Of a stretch of DNA of 64,000 bases, positions 31,501 to 40,071 are shown piece by piece. The notes beneath the pieces were generated by a model. The model did not search any database. It worked only from the letters and a program-made list of their open reading frames with translations, and was not told where the DNA came from. Numbering within the stretch: position 1 is the first letter of the stretch; each line of letters begins with the position of its first letter. This DNA comes from Bacteroidia bacterium (GTDB taxonomy: Bacteria; Bacteroidota; Bacteroidia; AKYH767-A; 2013-40CM-41-45), in assembly GCA_038230515.1 (NCBI GenBank), contig JBBRND010000004.1:125192-189191 (forward strand). Reading direction: 5' to 3'. The position numbers and the translations under genes are program-made.

Positions 31501-32583
31501 GGTAATAGGAGTGGTTCCGCTTCGCGTAAAGTTTACATAAGTGGCGCAACGCCATGTCTGCAATGCACGTTCCCATGCCTGCACCGCAGCAGGAACAGCA
31601 TTAAATGTTGTGTTGTATTTAAAAGTATAGCCACCCGCCCCATTCTGATTGATCAAATGAGGTTGATAGTAAACTCCGCCACTTACTACGTTTGATTCAT
31701 TGTAATTGATGGTGAGATTAATTCCTGAAACTGTGGTTTGATTCAGATCATTGGTGATGCGAATAAATCCACTTCCTGCACCTGTTGGCACCCATGCCTG
31801 AATGGTTGTTGCGTTCCAACTGATGATGTGATTTGCGGGAGTAGAAATATATCCTGCTCCTCCATTGTTCGCATCTGGAAATTCAAGATTGGTAGTCCCC
31901 GCATAAGCAGGACCAAAGTTTGATCCGGAAATGGTAATGGTGGAAAATGTTCCCGCTGTTGTTGCAGCAGGAGCGATTCCTGTAATAGTAGGAAACGCCT
32001 GTATTTGGTTTCCTCCGCCACCATTGCTCTGTGAAGGAAACACGAGTGAAGCAATCTGTAAATAGCTGCTTCCTGTTTGTTGCTCAATTACATCAATCAA
32101 ATCGTTTTGAATATCTGCGTAGGAAGAATAAAGATCAAACGCTGAATGATTACTGAGATCGTACTTTACAAATGATTGTTGTGATGATGTTCCTTTGAAC
32201 TGAAGATTGGTTGAGAGCGTTGATGTCGTGTTGAAAACATCGGGCGAAGTCAAAAAGAAAATTCCGGTTTCGTTGTCGTTCAATTCAAGATTCGGCTCAG
32301 CAACAATTTTTGTATTGCCGATTTCACCTCCTTCATTGATGAGTTCAATGTGCGTAGAATTTATTCCTCCCTTGAAAACTTTGTAAACATCAATCTGAAA
32401 ACTTGTGTAAATAAAATCGTGATTCGCATTCCAGAAACTCTGCTGTGAAATTACTTTGCCTTCTACAATGGCTGTTGCGTCACTTATTCTTTGCGTGAAA
32501 GGAACAGGAAAGGTGAGGCATTGAGAATAAATTCTCAATGAATAAGCAAACAGAAAAAAGAGAATGAATAATTTTTTCATCAA
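28549..32583 (-). CDS. T9SS-secreted metzincin-type metallopeptidase with IPT/TIG-like and four PKD domains
   Basis: Signal peptide; HELGHSHQLGH with Met-turn VMNY; four repeats of F.D.S...PT.W.WTFPGG...QNP.V.Y...G.Y.V.L; PLPIELISF; IYPNP...KIVK type A CTD. Confidence 0.85.
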   Translation of the reverse strand: MMKKLFILFFLFAYSLRIYSQCLTFPVPFTQRISDATAIVEGKVISQQSFWNANHDFIYTSFQIDVYKVFKGGINSTHIELINEGGEIGNTKIVAEPNLELNDNETGIFFLTSPDVFNTTSTLSTNLQFKGTSSQQSFVKYDLSNHSAFDLYSSYADIQNDLIDVIEQQTGSSYLQIASLVFPSQSNGGGGNQIQAFPTITGIAPAATTAGTFSTITISGSNFGPAYAGTTNLEFPDANNGGAGYISTPANHIISWNATTIQAWVPTGAGSGFIRITNDLNQTTVSGINLTINYNESNVVSGGVYYQPHLINQNGAGGYTFKYNTTFNAVPAAVQAWERALQTWRCATYVNFTRSGTTPITCQALDGSNIVTFDGSCAVPAGVLGISYSYYAGCGAGVWYLNENDLKFRTNGTGGITWQYGPALPAFAEYDFESVCVHELGHSHQLGHTILPVTVMNYAISNGITRRVLTAGSEVAGGNDIMSRSVIANACGPAPMIALTPANCTLNAPTADFIGNPLSGCAPLTVNFTDASLNTPTSWSWTFPGGAPAASGAQNPTVTYGAPGVYTVTLTATNASGSDTRTKTSYITVNNCAPTSNFTGSPTTLCAGQSVSFFDASTNTPTTWAWTFPGGVPAASGLQNPVVSYAAAGVYNVTLQVTNAYGTDTKTIVNYITVNNCPPPPVCNFTGTPTTVCVGSSVTYSDLSTGFPNSWQWTFAGGTPTTSLAQNPVITYNATGVYTVTLICSNGSGTSFLTRTNYITVNACSAPTANFAGAPTTICAGQDVNFFDLSTGGPASWSWTFAGGAPGASALQNPVVNYAAAGTYTVSLTATNAFGNNTKTTVNYITVQNCPSAGSGLIVNDGSLIFLQPGALIYDEGGFINQDNGVNIGNIDNSGTFQLQGDWTNNSASNCFINSSPGTTIFGGSAQGILGSTPTYYYNLTLLGTGVKSQAVDAHTEGTLALNDLELATNDYVMYVTNTAVGAITRTGGFNSIPVQGFVSSTNNGKLWRNTNSTGAYVYPVGSALGVARYRPVEIKPTSTVTSTFGVRFVNNDPNTQGYNRAVKDPSLGVINPLWYQRINKISGTTVTDIKLYYDNVADGVVSFATNLMTEWGPMAPPVRWNDLGLVANTGAGSPALSSVTKSAWNIFNTENFNISPQSIPLPIELISFTSDCNNENVILNWTTASEINNDHFELEKSFDGENFEKIAIVKGNGTSTEQHYYEANDKAVAQNVYYRLKQVDYDGKISYSVNILANCDPSNHHEIIGIYPNPTYSAVSIDLNLTEGGSVKFVLSNAIGQIVIEKEISLKDGLQKLLLDLSSLPPDVYQLNLITGFSVTTKKIVKM

Positions 32584-32589
32584 TGAAAA

Positions 32590-34074
32590 TTATTTTTTCA
32601 CTTCCTCTTTTTTCACCGGCAGTGGTTCCTGTTTAGGAAGGTCATATCCATAAACTACATTATCAGAAGGCCAGTGCCAGATCTTTGAGTATTCGGGTTG
32701 ATTTTTCGCTTTAGCTTTCATCGGTTCTTTATCTGCTTTTAAACCGGCAGGGCCTGGTGCCTGCATAAAGCGTCCTTCTCCATAATTTGTTTTGGGTTTA
32801 ACAACTAACTGATATTCGAGAGTTCCGGAATGAGTTCCTCCGTTAAGTTCTAATATGTCGAATCCTCTTTCTGTGCGGTTTGTAATTGTTACTCCGTTAA
32901 AGGTCGGCATATCAACGGGTGTGCAGAATACGCGAAGCGGGTTTTCTTCATTCACAAAAATAATATCTGCAAGAATGGGATCCAGATCAACGTGCGTTCT
33001 GCCATTTGTCAACACAGCAGAGCCATAATCCTGGTACCAGTATTCCGGTGACTCAGGACAAGTTAAAATAATTCTTCCATGATCAGGAGTTGGAACAATT
33101 TCGCTCACGGTTCCGCTACCTGCAATCTTTCTGTTTAGTCCTGCATTTGCAACATACGCAAATGCAAGATTTGCACCTCCATAAGTATTCGATTCAAAAT
33201 AACCGCCCGTATTCAGGTTACCGCCAATATCACAATACGTGCGACCGATAACTCCTAATGCATCCTGAAACTGACTGCTTGCAATGCCTGTTTCTCCCAC
33301 GCTATAGGCCGTATTTCCTGCAATTGCTCCTCTGTTCAAATATCCGGTTACCGCAGACTCAAATGAAGCAGATCCGAAGTTCACAATTTCATTCAACTGC
33401 CCGTATAACGCAGGAGGATTAAGTGTTGTGCTTGAATTATCAGTACCGAAATATCCGCCAATCCAAACATCTGAATAAGCAATGTTAGCTGCATAAGATG
33501 CCGGATTGCGCGTAACTGCTATTAAAGATGGATTGTTTGTTGCGGTTCCTTCTTCAGAATAAACTACTGCACCATTTGTGACTCCAAAAGTTCCCAATGA
33601 GATTGCACCCCCAAAACCAAGATAGCCAGAACCAAAACCAGTTTGAGTTCCTCTTATTGCAACTCCTGCTGCAACTTGTACGTGAAATTTTGCCAATGGA
33701 GCAACCAATCCAATTCCAACATTTCCGGTAGCTAAAACTCGCATCTGTTCAGTGTTATTTGTTTTTACAACAAAATCATTTCCATCAACTGTTCCGATGA
33801 AATTTGTTGCTGCCGTAGTTCCTGCATTTCCCAAAATAGTCCATGCCGGATTTGTAGTGCCGGGAGCAACGGAAATAATAAGCGTTCCATTCGGATCTGC
33901 CATCACTATTCGATTACCAATACCGGCAAGTGTAGTAGAGCGAATATTGCCTACCACATGAAGTTTGTCGAGAGGAACTCCGGTTCCTATTCCAACATTT
34001 TGTGAAAATACAGAAGATGTAATACTGACAATACAAAACACCAGCGCTAAGCGCGAAATGAAAAATGATTTCAT
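32590..34074 (-). CDS. Secreted Gly-rich fibre/adhesin-like hypothetical protein
   Basis: Signal peptide, NVGIG...KLHV repeats, W.ILGNAGT...NFIGT...KTNN, C-terminal PESPE.WYQDYG...LDP domain. ATG at 34074. Confidence 0.7.
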   Translation of the reverse strand: MKSFFISRLALVFCIVSITSSVFSQNVGIGTGVPLDKLHVVGNIRSTTLAGIGNRIVMADPNGTLIISVAPGTTNPAWTILGNAGTTAATNFIGTVDGNDFVVKTNNTEQMRVLATGNVGIGLVAPLAKFHVQVAAGVAIRGTQTGFGSGYLGFGGAISLGTFGVTNGAVVYSEEGTATNNPSLIAVTRNPASYAANIAYSDVWIGGYFGTDNSSTTLNPPALYGQLNEIVNFGSASFESAVTGYLNRGAIAGNTAYSVGETGIASSQFQDALGVIGRTYCDIGGNLNTGGYFESNTYGGANLAFAYVANAGLNRKIAGSGTVSEIVPTPDHGRIILTCPESPEYWYQDYGSAVLTNGRTHVDLDPILADIIFVNEENPLRVFCTPVDMPTFNGVTITNRTERGFDILELNGGTHSGTLEYQLVVKPKTNYGEGRFMQAPGPAGLKADKEPMKAKAKNQPEYSKIWHWPSDNVVYGYDLPKQEPLPVKKEEVKK

Positions 34075-34347
34075 ACTATGAAGTTTTAAGCACATTAAAT
34101 AACGTTACAAAACTATAAATAATAATCATAGATTGAAAACATACTATTTAAATACTTATCAGATTTTGGCGAACAGCGGTATTTAATTGGTAAAACAGCA
34201 GAAAAGAAAGGCGAAAATTGAAATTGTTATCATCTTCGATTTTCAACATTTAATCGTTTGTTTTTTATCTTAGATAAGCTTTGCTGCAACTTCTTGATTT
34301 AGTCGGCTTAATTGATATTTACATCAAAAACAATTTTTTTGATCTGA

Positions 34348-34635
34348 AATAGTGCTATTTATACTACCCAAAGCACTATTTATACTATCCAGAACACTAT
34401 TTCTGAAAGACAGTGTACTATTTGTTTTATCAAGGGTGCTTTCTCTAATCTCTAAAGTACTACAGAGAGATTGATACTACTATTTCTATTATGCAGAATG
34501 CTTTTGTTAATATCAAATAGTACTCAGAAGATTCTAAATTGTGCGATGGAGGTTACGCAGAGTACGATAGCAATTGCTGATAGCACGTTCTGTATTATCA
34601 AAAGCACTCTTGACGATAAATGTAGTGCGATAAAA
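34348..34635. repeat. Tandem array B: ~14 x 21-bp degenerate palindromic units
   Basis: AGTACT/AGTGCT/AGCACT-type cores at 34351, 34372, 34393, 34414, 34435, 34456, 34476, 34497, 34519, 34540, 34561, 34582, 34603 and 34624. Consensus AATAGTACTATT + 9 nt. Confidence 0.8.
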
Positions 34636-34794
34636 AGAAGTAAAATTATTTGTTGACATAATAAAAAAGTTCCGGTTACGACTCATAAATATAAGGGCTG
34701 AGATTTTTACTGAAAGACATACTTTACTTTTAGAGGTATGGAAGTTAATTGAAAGTATGAAAGATGAAATACTGTCAGTTATTTTCAACTGGGC

Positions 34795-35541
34795 ATGATA
34801 AGTGACAACCCATGTACTTCATCATCCGTACAAGAAATCATCGTGGACGAGAAAAAACATTTTCGTAATAGCGTTATTCCTCCGCTTATTTTTGTCGGGA
34901 TCCTCTGGTTTATTAAATTTTGTGAAGAGTACTTTCATTTCAATTTGGTTTTTCTTGGAATAAGACCTCTCACTACAGAAGGATTGATAGGAATTTTCAC
35001 AGCGCCATTCATTCACGCTAATTATGATCACCTTCTTTCAAACACGCTGCCTCTACTCGTAGTGGGCACCGGATTGATTTATTTCTACAAAGAAATTTCC
35101 TTTTATGTAATTGCAATGATCTGGCTGTTCACTAATTTTTGGGTGTGGCTTGCTGCACGACCAGATTCGCACATTGGAGCCAGCGGATTGATTTATGGTT
35201 TCGTGTGCTTTTTATTTTTCAGCGGCATCATCCGAAGAAATAAAAACCTACTTGCTATCTCCATGCTTGTAACTTTTCTTTATGGGAGCATGGTATGGGG
35301 CTTGCTTCCGGTTAATCAAACAATCTCGTGGGAATCGCATCTGTTCGGAAGCTTAGCAGGAATTTTTGCAGCCATTTATTTCCGAAAAGAAGGTCCGCAG
35401 CGAATTGTAAAAGTATGGGAAGAAGAAAAAGACCCCATCGAACCGGAATACTGGATGACGGAAGAGCAGAAGAAAAAATTCCCTCAGCAATCAACACCTG
35501 AAGAACCCACAATCAATTATATTTTTAAAGAGAAGGAATAA
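34795..35541 (+). CDS. Rhomboid family intramembrane serine protease
   Basis: PFIHANYDHLLSN, HIGASG, SWESHLFG. The true start may be slightly downstream. Confidence 0.9.
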   Translation: MISDNPCTSSSVQEIIVDEKKHFRNSVIPPLIFVGILWFIKFCEEYFHFNLVFLGIRPLTTEGLIGIFTAPFIHANYDHLLSNTLPLLVVGTGLIYFYKEISFYVIAMIWLFTNFWVWLAARPDSHIGASGLIYGFVCFLFFSGIIRRNKNLLAISMLVTFLYGSMVWGLLPVNQTISWESHLFGSLAGIFAAIYFRKEGPQRIVKVWEEEKDPIEPEYWMTEEQKKKFPQQSTPEEPTINYIFKEKE

Positions 35542-35555
35542 GGGTTGATTCCGAA

Positions 35556-36332
35556 TCAAATTTCCAATTCCAATCCTATCGGACAATGATCGCTTCCCAT
35601 TACATCAGGATGAATGGTTGCGTTGGAAATTAATTCCCTCATTTCTTTTGATGCCATGTAGTAGTCAATTCTCCAGCCAACATTACGTTCGCGCGCCCTG
35701 GTTATTTGATCCCAGTAAGTATATTGACTCGGTTCCTTGTTGTATTCGCGGAAGGCGTCAATATAATCCATCTCAATAATTTTGTCTAACCATGCGCGTT
35801 CTTCAGGAAGAAACCCTGATGTACGAACATTTTCTTTCGGCCGTGCAAGATCAATTTCTTTATGAGCCGTATTGTAATCGCCACAGATCACAATGTTTTT
35901 TTGTCGCTTGCGTAACCCTTCAGTGCGTTTAAAAAGTTCTCCATAAAAATCTAATTTGTATTTCACTCGTTCAGGCCCTCTGCCTCCATTTGGAAAATAC
36001 ACATTGAAGAGAATGAATTTTTCAAACTCCATTTCAAGCACTCGCCCTTCATTGTCGAACTGCGGATTATTAAACCCCGCATTGATCCGAAGTGGTTTAT
36101 GCTTAGTCCAGATACCTACACCCGAGTAACCTTTCTTCTCGGCTGAGAAAAAATAACTTTTATAATCCTTAAAGTTTTTTACCTCATCATCGAGTTGATC
36201 GGGTTGTGCTTTGGTTTCCTGTACACACAATAAGTCAGGTAATTCTTTTGCAAACCACTCAGGAAAACCCTTTTTCCAGATGGCACGGATGCCGTTTACA
36301 TTCCAGCAGAGGATTCGGAAATTGTTAGCCAT
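35556..36332 (-). CDS. xth: Exodeoxyribonuclease III / AP endonuclease
   Basis: WNVNGIRA, QETK, GYSGV, CGDYN, GWRIDY, GSDHCP. Confidence 0.95.
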   Translation of the reverse strand: MANNFRILCWNVNGIRAIWKKGFPEWFAKELPDLLCVQETKAQPDQLDDEVKNFKDYKSYFFSAEKKGYSGVGIWTKHKPLRINAGFNNPQFDNEGRVLEMEFEKFILFNVYFPNGGRGPERVKYKLDFYGELFKRTEGLRKRQKNIVICGDYNTAHKEIDLARPKENVRTSGFLPEERAWLDKIIEMDYIDAFREYNKEPSQYTYWDQITRARERNVGWRIDYYMASKEMRELISNATIHPDVMGSDHCPIGLELEI

Positions 36333-36707
36333 AAAAAATATTTTGCGTCAAAGATAATTTTGATCGTTGAAAAAGCGAAGAAAGAATTTGTAAATAAAAA
36401 AAATCAATACAACACATTAAAAAACTGCGTTTCTCCTCTCGAAATCTCTTAAAAATTATTTTCACTTTTTTCCAAAAATTCAGGGAAAACCCTTAGGGTA
36501 GGAAGTTTTATCGTCAGAGATTTGCATCGATCGTTCTTTAAATTCTATTCCCCGTTAAGTCTGTTCGCTCTTTTCAATAACCAATTTTTTTTCTCGGATG
36601 ATTTCGCAGGTCATCTCCGGTTAATGTAAATTCCCAGCGAACGGGCTTTTCTTTTTCAGTCGAATAAATAATTTTTTCCGATCTTCACCACTTCTTAAAA
36701 TAAAACA

Positions 36708-37022
36708 ATGGAACAGAATCAAAACCCAAACAACCAACTGAATATCGAACTTTCAGAAGAAGTAGCTGAAGGAATTTATTCAAACCTTGCAATCATTACG
36801 CACAGCAATTCCGAATTTGTACTGGATTTTGTAAAAGTGATGCCGGGCGTGCCGAAAGCAAAAGTAAAAGCAAGAATTCTTCTCACACCTCAGCACGCTA
36901 AGCGGCTGTTTGCTGCGCTCCAAGATAATATTTCGAAGTACGAACAGGTGCATGGGCCCATCAAGCAAACAGAAGGTTTTGGAATACCAATGAACTTTGG
37001 CGGACCAACAGCACAAGCGTGA
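36708..37022 (+). CDS. DUF3467 domain protein
   Basis: IELSEEVAEGIYSNLAII.HS.SEFVLDF...PG.PKAKV..RI.LTPQHAKR. Confidence 0.9.
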   Translation: MEQNQNPNNQLNIELSEEVAEGIYSNLAIITHSNSEFVLDFVKVMPGVPKAKVKARILLTPQHAKRLFAALQDNISKYEQVHGPIKQTEGFGIPMNFGGPTAQA

Positions 37023-37050
37023 ATTAGTTGAGCATTTTACCTTGGAAAAT

Positions 37051-37083
37051 AAAAAAAGCCATCAGCAAAGCGATGACTTTTTT
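37051..37083. terminator. Bidirectional intrinsic terminator between DUF3467 gene and tssD
   Basis: A7-GCCATC-AGCAAAGC-GATGAC-T6. Confidence 0.75.
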
Positions 37084-37088
37084 AGATT

Positions 37089-37180
37089 GGGATCTTACGG
37101 GATCCTGATTTTGAAGAAACAATCTTACGGGATTGCTTTTTATTGTTCTCCCCTACAATTGAAAGAGACCTTACGGGATC
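37089..37180 (-). repeat. Three copies of an ATCCCGTAAG(A/G)T hairpin motif
   Basis: Plus strand GGATC-TTACGG-GATCC (37090-37105), CAATC-TTACGG-GATTG (37120-37135), GACC-TTACGG-GATC (37167-37180). Confidence 0.85.
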
Positions 37181-37207
37181 AACTTCCTTGAAGAGGTGTT
37201 TTGCAGA

Positions 37208-37606
37208 TTACGTGTTAGCAGGCCAAGGATTCTCGTGCTCTGCAGTACCCATCTTGATCTTCTTTGCAGAGATCACGAAGTGAGTAGTCATCGGGTTGCT
37301 GCCAACGGTGTCAATGCTCTCGCTGAACTGGATGATGTAAGCTTCTTCAAACTCAAGAGTTTTCAGAGCGGCTGCATCACTACGTTTGTAGAAAGTAATT
37401 TTTCCGTTTTTCACCTTGTGCGGATCAGCCATCCATTCAAGAACGCTGTTGTCTTCGGTAGCTTCAACTTCACATTGAATAGTACCACCATAAAGAACAG
37501 AAGAAGGGCGACCTGATGCATCAGTATCTCTGCGAAGAGCGTAGTCGCAATGGAGGAGGTTAATTTCGTCTCCGCCATCAATGCTAAGGGTTGATTTGAA
37601 TGCCAT
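37208..37606 (-). CDS. tssD: Type VI secretion (T6SS-iii) tube protein, Hcp-like
   Basis: MAFK..L, D.SGRPSS...GG.I, EWM, GKITF, LEF..AY, PM...F.ISA, HEN.WP. This is the Bacteroidota TssD pattern. Confidence 0.9.
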   Translation of the reverse strand: MAFKSTLSIDGGDEINLLHCDYALRRDTDASGRPSSVLYGGTIQCEVEATEDNSVLEWMADPHKVKNGKITFYKRSDAAALKTLEFEEAYIIQFSESIDTVGSNPMTTHFVISAKKIKMGTAEHENPWPANT

Positions 37607-37846
37607 TTTTTTTTTGGTTTTTTAAAGATTAAATTATTTGTTTGATTTATGATGCAAATAAACAGCAAATGCGAAGTGTTGTAAATGACAAATGAGCAAT
37701 TGGTAACGCTGGAAGGATAATTAGCAGCAGGGGAATGTAGTTTGTAAAATTATTTGCAGTTCAGATTCTGCCTTCCGCTTTATCACTTCCCCTAATGGGA
37801 GGCATTGCACGCCTTTTACTTTCTTACTTTTGTTCGCACTTCTTCC

Positions 37847-39952
37847 ATGTTACATTCCGATTTTTTTTCTTCTCCTATTGAATACCTAAAAGGCGTAGGT
37901 CCGCAACGCGCAGATTTGCTGAAGAAGGAAAGCAGCATTTTTACTTTCGGAGATCTGCTCTCTTACTTTCCGTTCCGGTATGTGGACCGCACAAAATTTT
38001 ACAAGATAAAAGAAGTGCAGAGCGATTTGCCTTATGTGCAGATAAAAGGAAAACTCGTAAGCATTGCAACAATGGGAGAAAAGCGGAAGAAGCGTTTGGT
38101 AGGAAAACTTCAGGATGAAACAGGTGCGATCGAACTTGTATGGTTTGTTGGATTGCGATGGGTTGCAGAATCTCTTCAACTCAACAAAGAATACATCGTG
38201 TTCGGGCGCATCAACGAATACAAGGGTCACTTCAATATTCCGCACCCCGAGATGGAACCTGCTGCAGAAGCAGACAACCAACCTGTATCTGCCTTACAGC
38301 CGGTTTACAATACATCGGATAAATTAAAATCGAGAGGTCTTGACAGCCGCGGCATTCTCCGACTTCAGAAAACTTTGCAGCAGCAACTTCCGCAAATTCC
38401 CGAATTGCTTCCTCAAACTATTACGGAAAGTTTGCGTCTGCTAAGCCGCCAGGAAGCATATATCAACATTCATTTTCCGGAGAGTGAAGAGAAATTAAAA
38501 AAGGCAACCTTCCGGCTGAAGTTCGAAGAGTTCTTTTTTCTTCAGTTGAAACTTTTAATCAACAAAGTAATCCGAACAGAAAAAATTTCAGGAATGAAAT
38601 TTGAAAAGGTGGGAGAATTTTTCAATCAGTTTTACAAAGAGAAACTTCCGTTCCCACTGACCGAAGCTCAGAAGCGGGTGATAAGGGAGATACGAACGGA
38701 CTGCGGTTCGGGCAGGCAGATGAACCGCTTGCTCCAAGGCGATGTAGGCAGCGGAAAAACAATTGTTGCTTTGCTTAGCATGTTGATCGCTATTGACAAT
38801 GGCTACCAGGCATGCCTGATGGCACCTACAGAAATTCTTGCCGCGCAACACACAGAAACAATTTCTGAGCTGGTTAAGGGAATAAATGTGACTGTTGCGC
38901 TACTCACAGGATCAACAAAAGCAAAACCGCGCAAGCATTTATTAGAAGAACTTGAAAACGGAAACATCAATATCCTGATTGGCACTCATGCTCTCATAGA
39001 AGAAAAAGTGCAATTCAAAAAGCAGGGATTGGTTGTTATTGATGAACAACACCGCTTTGGAGTCGAGCAGCGTGCTAGACTATGGACAAAAGATGCTTCT
39101 TTCCCCCACGTTCTGGTAATGACTGCCACTCCCATTCCTCGCACACTTGCCATGACATTGTATGGCGATCTTGATGTTTCTGCAATTGATGAAATGCCAC
39201 CGGGCAGAAAACTGATTCAGACAGTTCATCGTAAGGACACGCACCGCCTTGCCGTGTGGGGATTTCTGAAAAAACAAATTGCTGAAGGCAGACAGATTTA
39301 CATTGTGTATCCGCTCATAGAAGAATCAGCAAAGCTTGATTTGAAAAATCTGGAGGACGGATTCCAAGCCATCTGCCATGATTTTCCGATGCCTCAATAT
39401 CAGGTAAGTATTCTGCATGGAAGAATGAAAGCGAAAGACAAAGAATACGAAATGCAGCGCTTCGTGAAAGGACAAACAAACATGATGGTTGCAACAACGG
39501 TGATTGAAGTAGGTGTAAACGTTCCGAATGCAAGTGTGATGGTGATTGAAAGTGCAGAACGGTTCGGCTTGTCGCAACTGCATCAGCTAAGAGGAAGAGT
39601 TGGCAGAGGCGCTTCGCAATCGTTTTGCATTTTGATGACGAAAGATAACCTCGGTACGGATTCTTACCAACGGATTAAAACAATGTGCGAAACAAATGAC
39701 GGTTTCAAAATTGCCGAAGTGGATTTGCAGCTTCGTGGGGCGGGTAACATTGAAGGTACGCAACAAAGCGGAAGTGTTGAACTGAAAATCGGAAACCTTG
39801 CCACCGATGGAACCATTCTGCAAACCGCGCGCGATGCGGCTCTCAAAATTTTAGAAAGCGATCCGCATCTTCAAAAGCAGGAAAACCTTATGGTGAACAA
39901 AAAACTTTCTGGCATCATGAAAGGAGAATTTCAATGGGGAAGAGTTGGATAG
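37847..39952 (+). CDS. recG: ATP-dependent DNA helicase RecG
   Basis: LKGVGP, RLLQGDVGSGKT, DEQHRFG, TATPIPRTL, AERFGLSQLHQLRGRVGRG. ATG at 37847. Confidence 0.97.
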   Translation: MLHSDFFSSPIEYLKGVGPQRADLLKKESSIFTFGDLLSYFPFRYVDRTKFYKIKEVQSDLPYVQIKGKLVSIATMGEKRKKRLVGKLQDETGAIELVWFVGLRWVAESLQLNKEYIVFGRINEYKGHFNIPHPEMEPAAEADNQPVSALQPVYNTSDKLKSRGLDSRGILRLQKTLQQQLPQIPELLPQTITESLRLLSRQEAYINIHFPESEEKLKKATFRLKFEEFFFLQLKLLINKVIRTEKISGMKFEKVGEFFNQFYKEKLPFPLTEAQKRVIREIRTDCGSGRQMNRLLQGDVGSGKTIVALLSMLIAIDNGYQACLMAPTEILAAQHTETISELVKGINVTVALLTGSTKAKPRKHLLEELENGNINILIGTHALIEEKVQFKKQGLVVIDEQHRFGVEQRARLWTKDASFPHVLVMTATPIPRTLAMTLYGDLDVSAIDEMPPGRKLIQTVHRKDTHRLAVWGFLKKQIAEGRQIYIVYPLIEESAKLDLKNLEDGFQAICHDFPMPQYQVSILHGRMKAKDKEYEMQRFVKGQTNMMVATTVIEVGVNVPNASVMVIESAERFGLSQLHQLRGRVGRGASQSFCILMTKDNLGTDSYQRIKTMCETNDGFKIAEVDLQLRGAGNIEGTQQSGSVELKIGNLATDGTILQTARDAALKILESDPHLQKQENLMVNKKLSGIMKGEFQWGRVG

Positions 39953-40071
39953 GCATGAATATTAAAGGACATTATTTCAAAAAAGGTTAAAAAAAATCTT
40001 TTTAATTTTGCTTAACAATATCCGCTGATCATCGTTAAAATGAGCAATCACATTATCAAAAACAATTAAAA

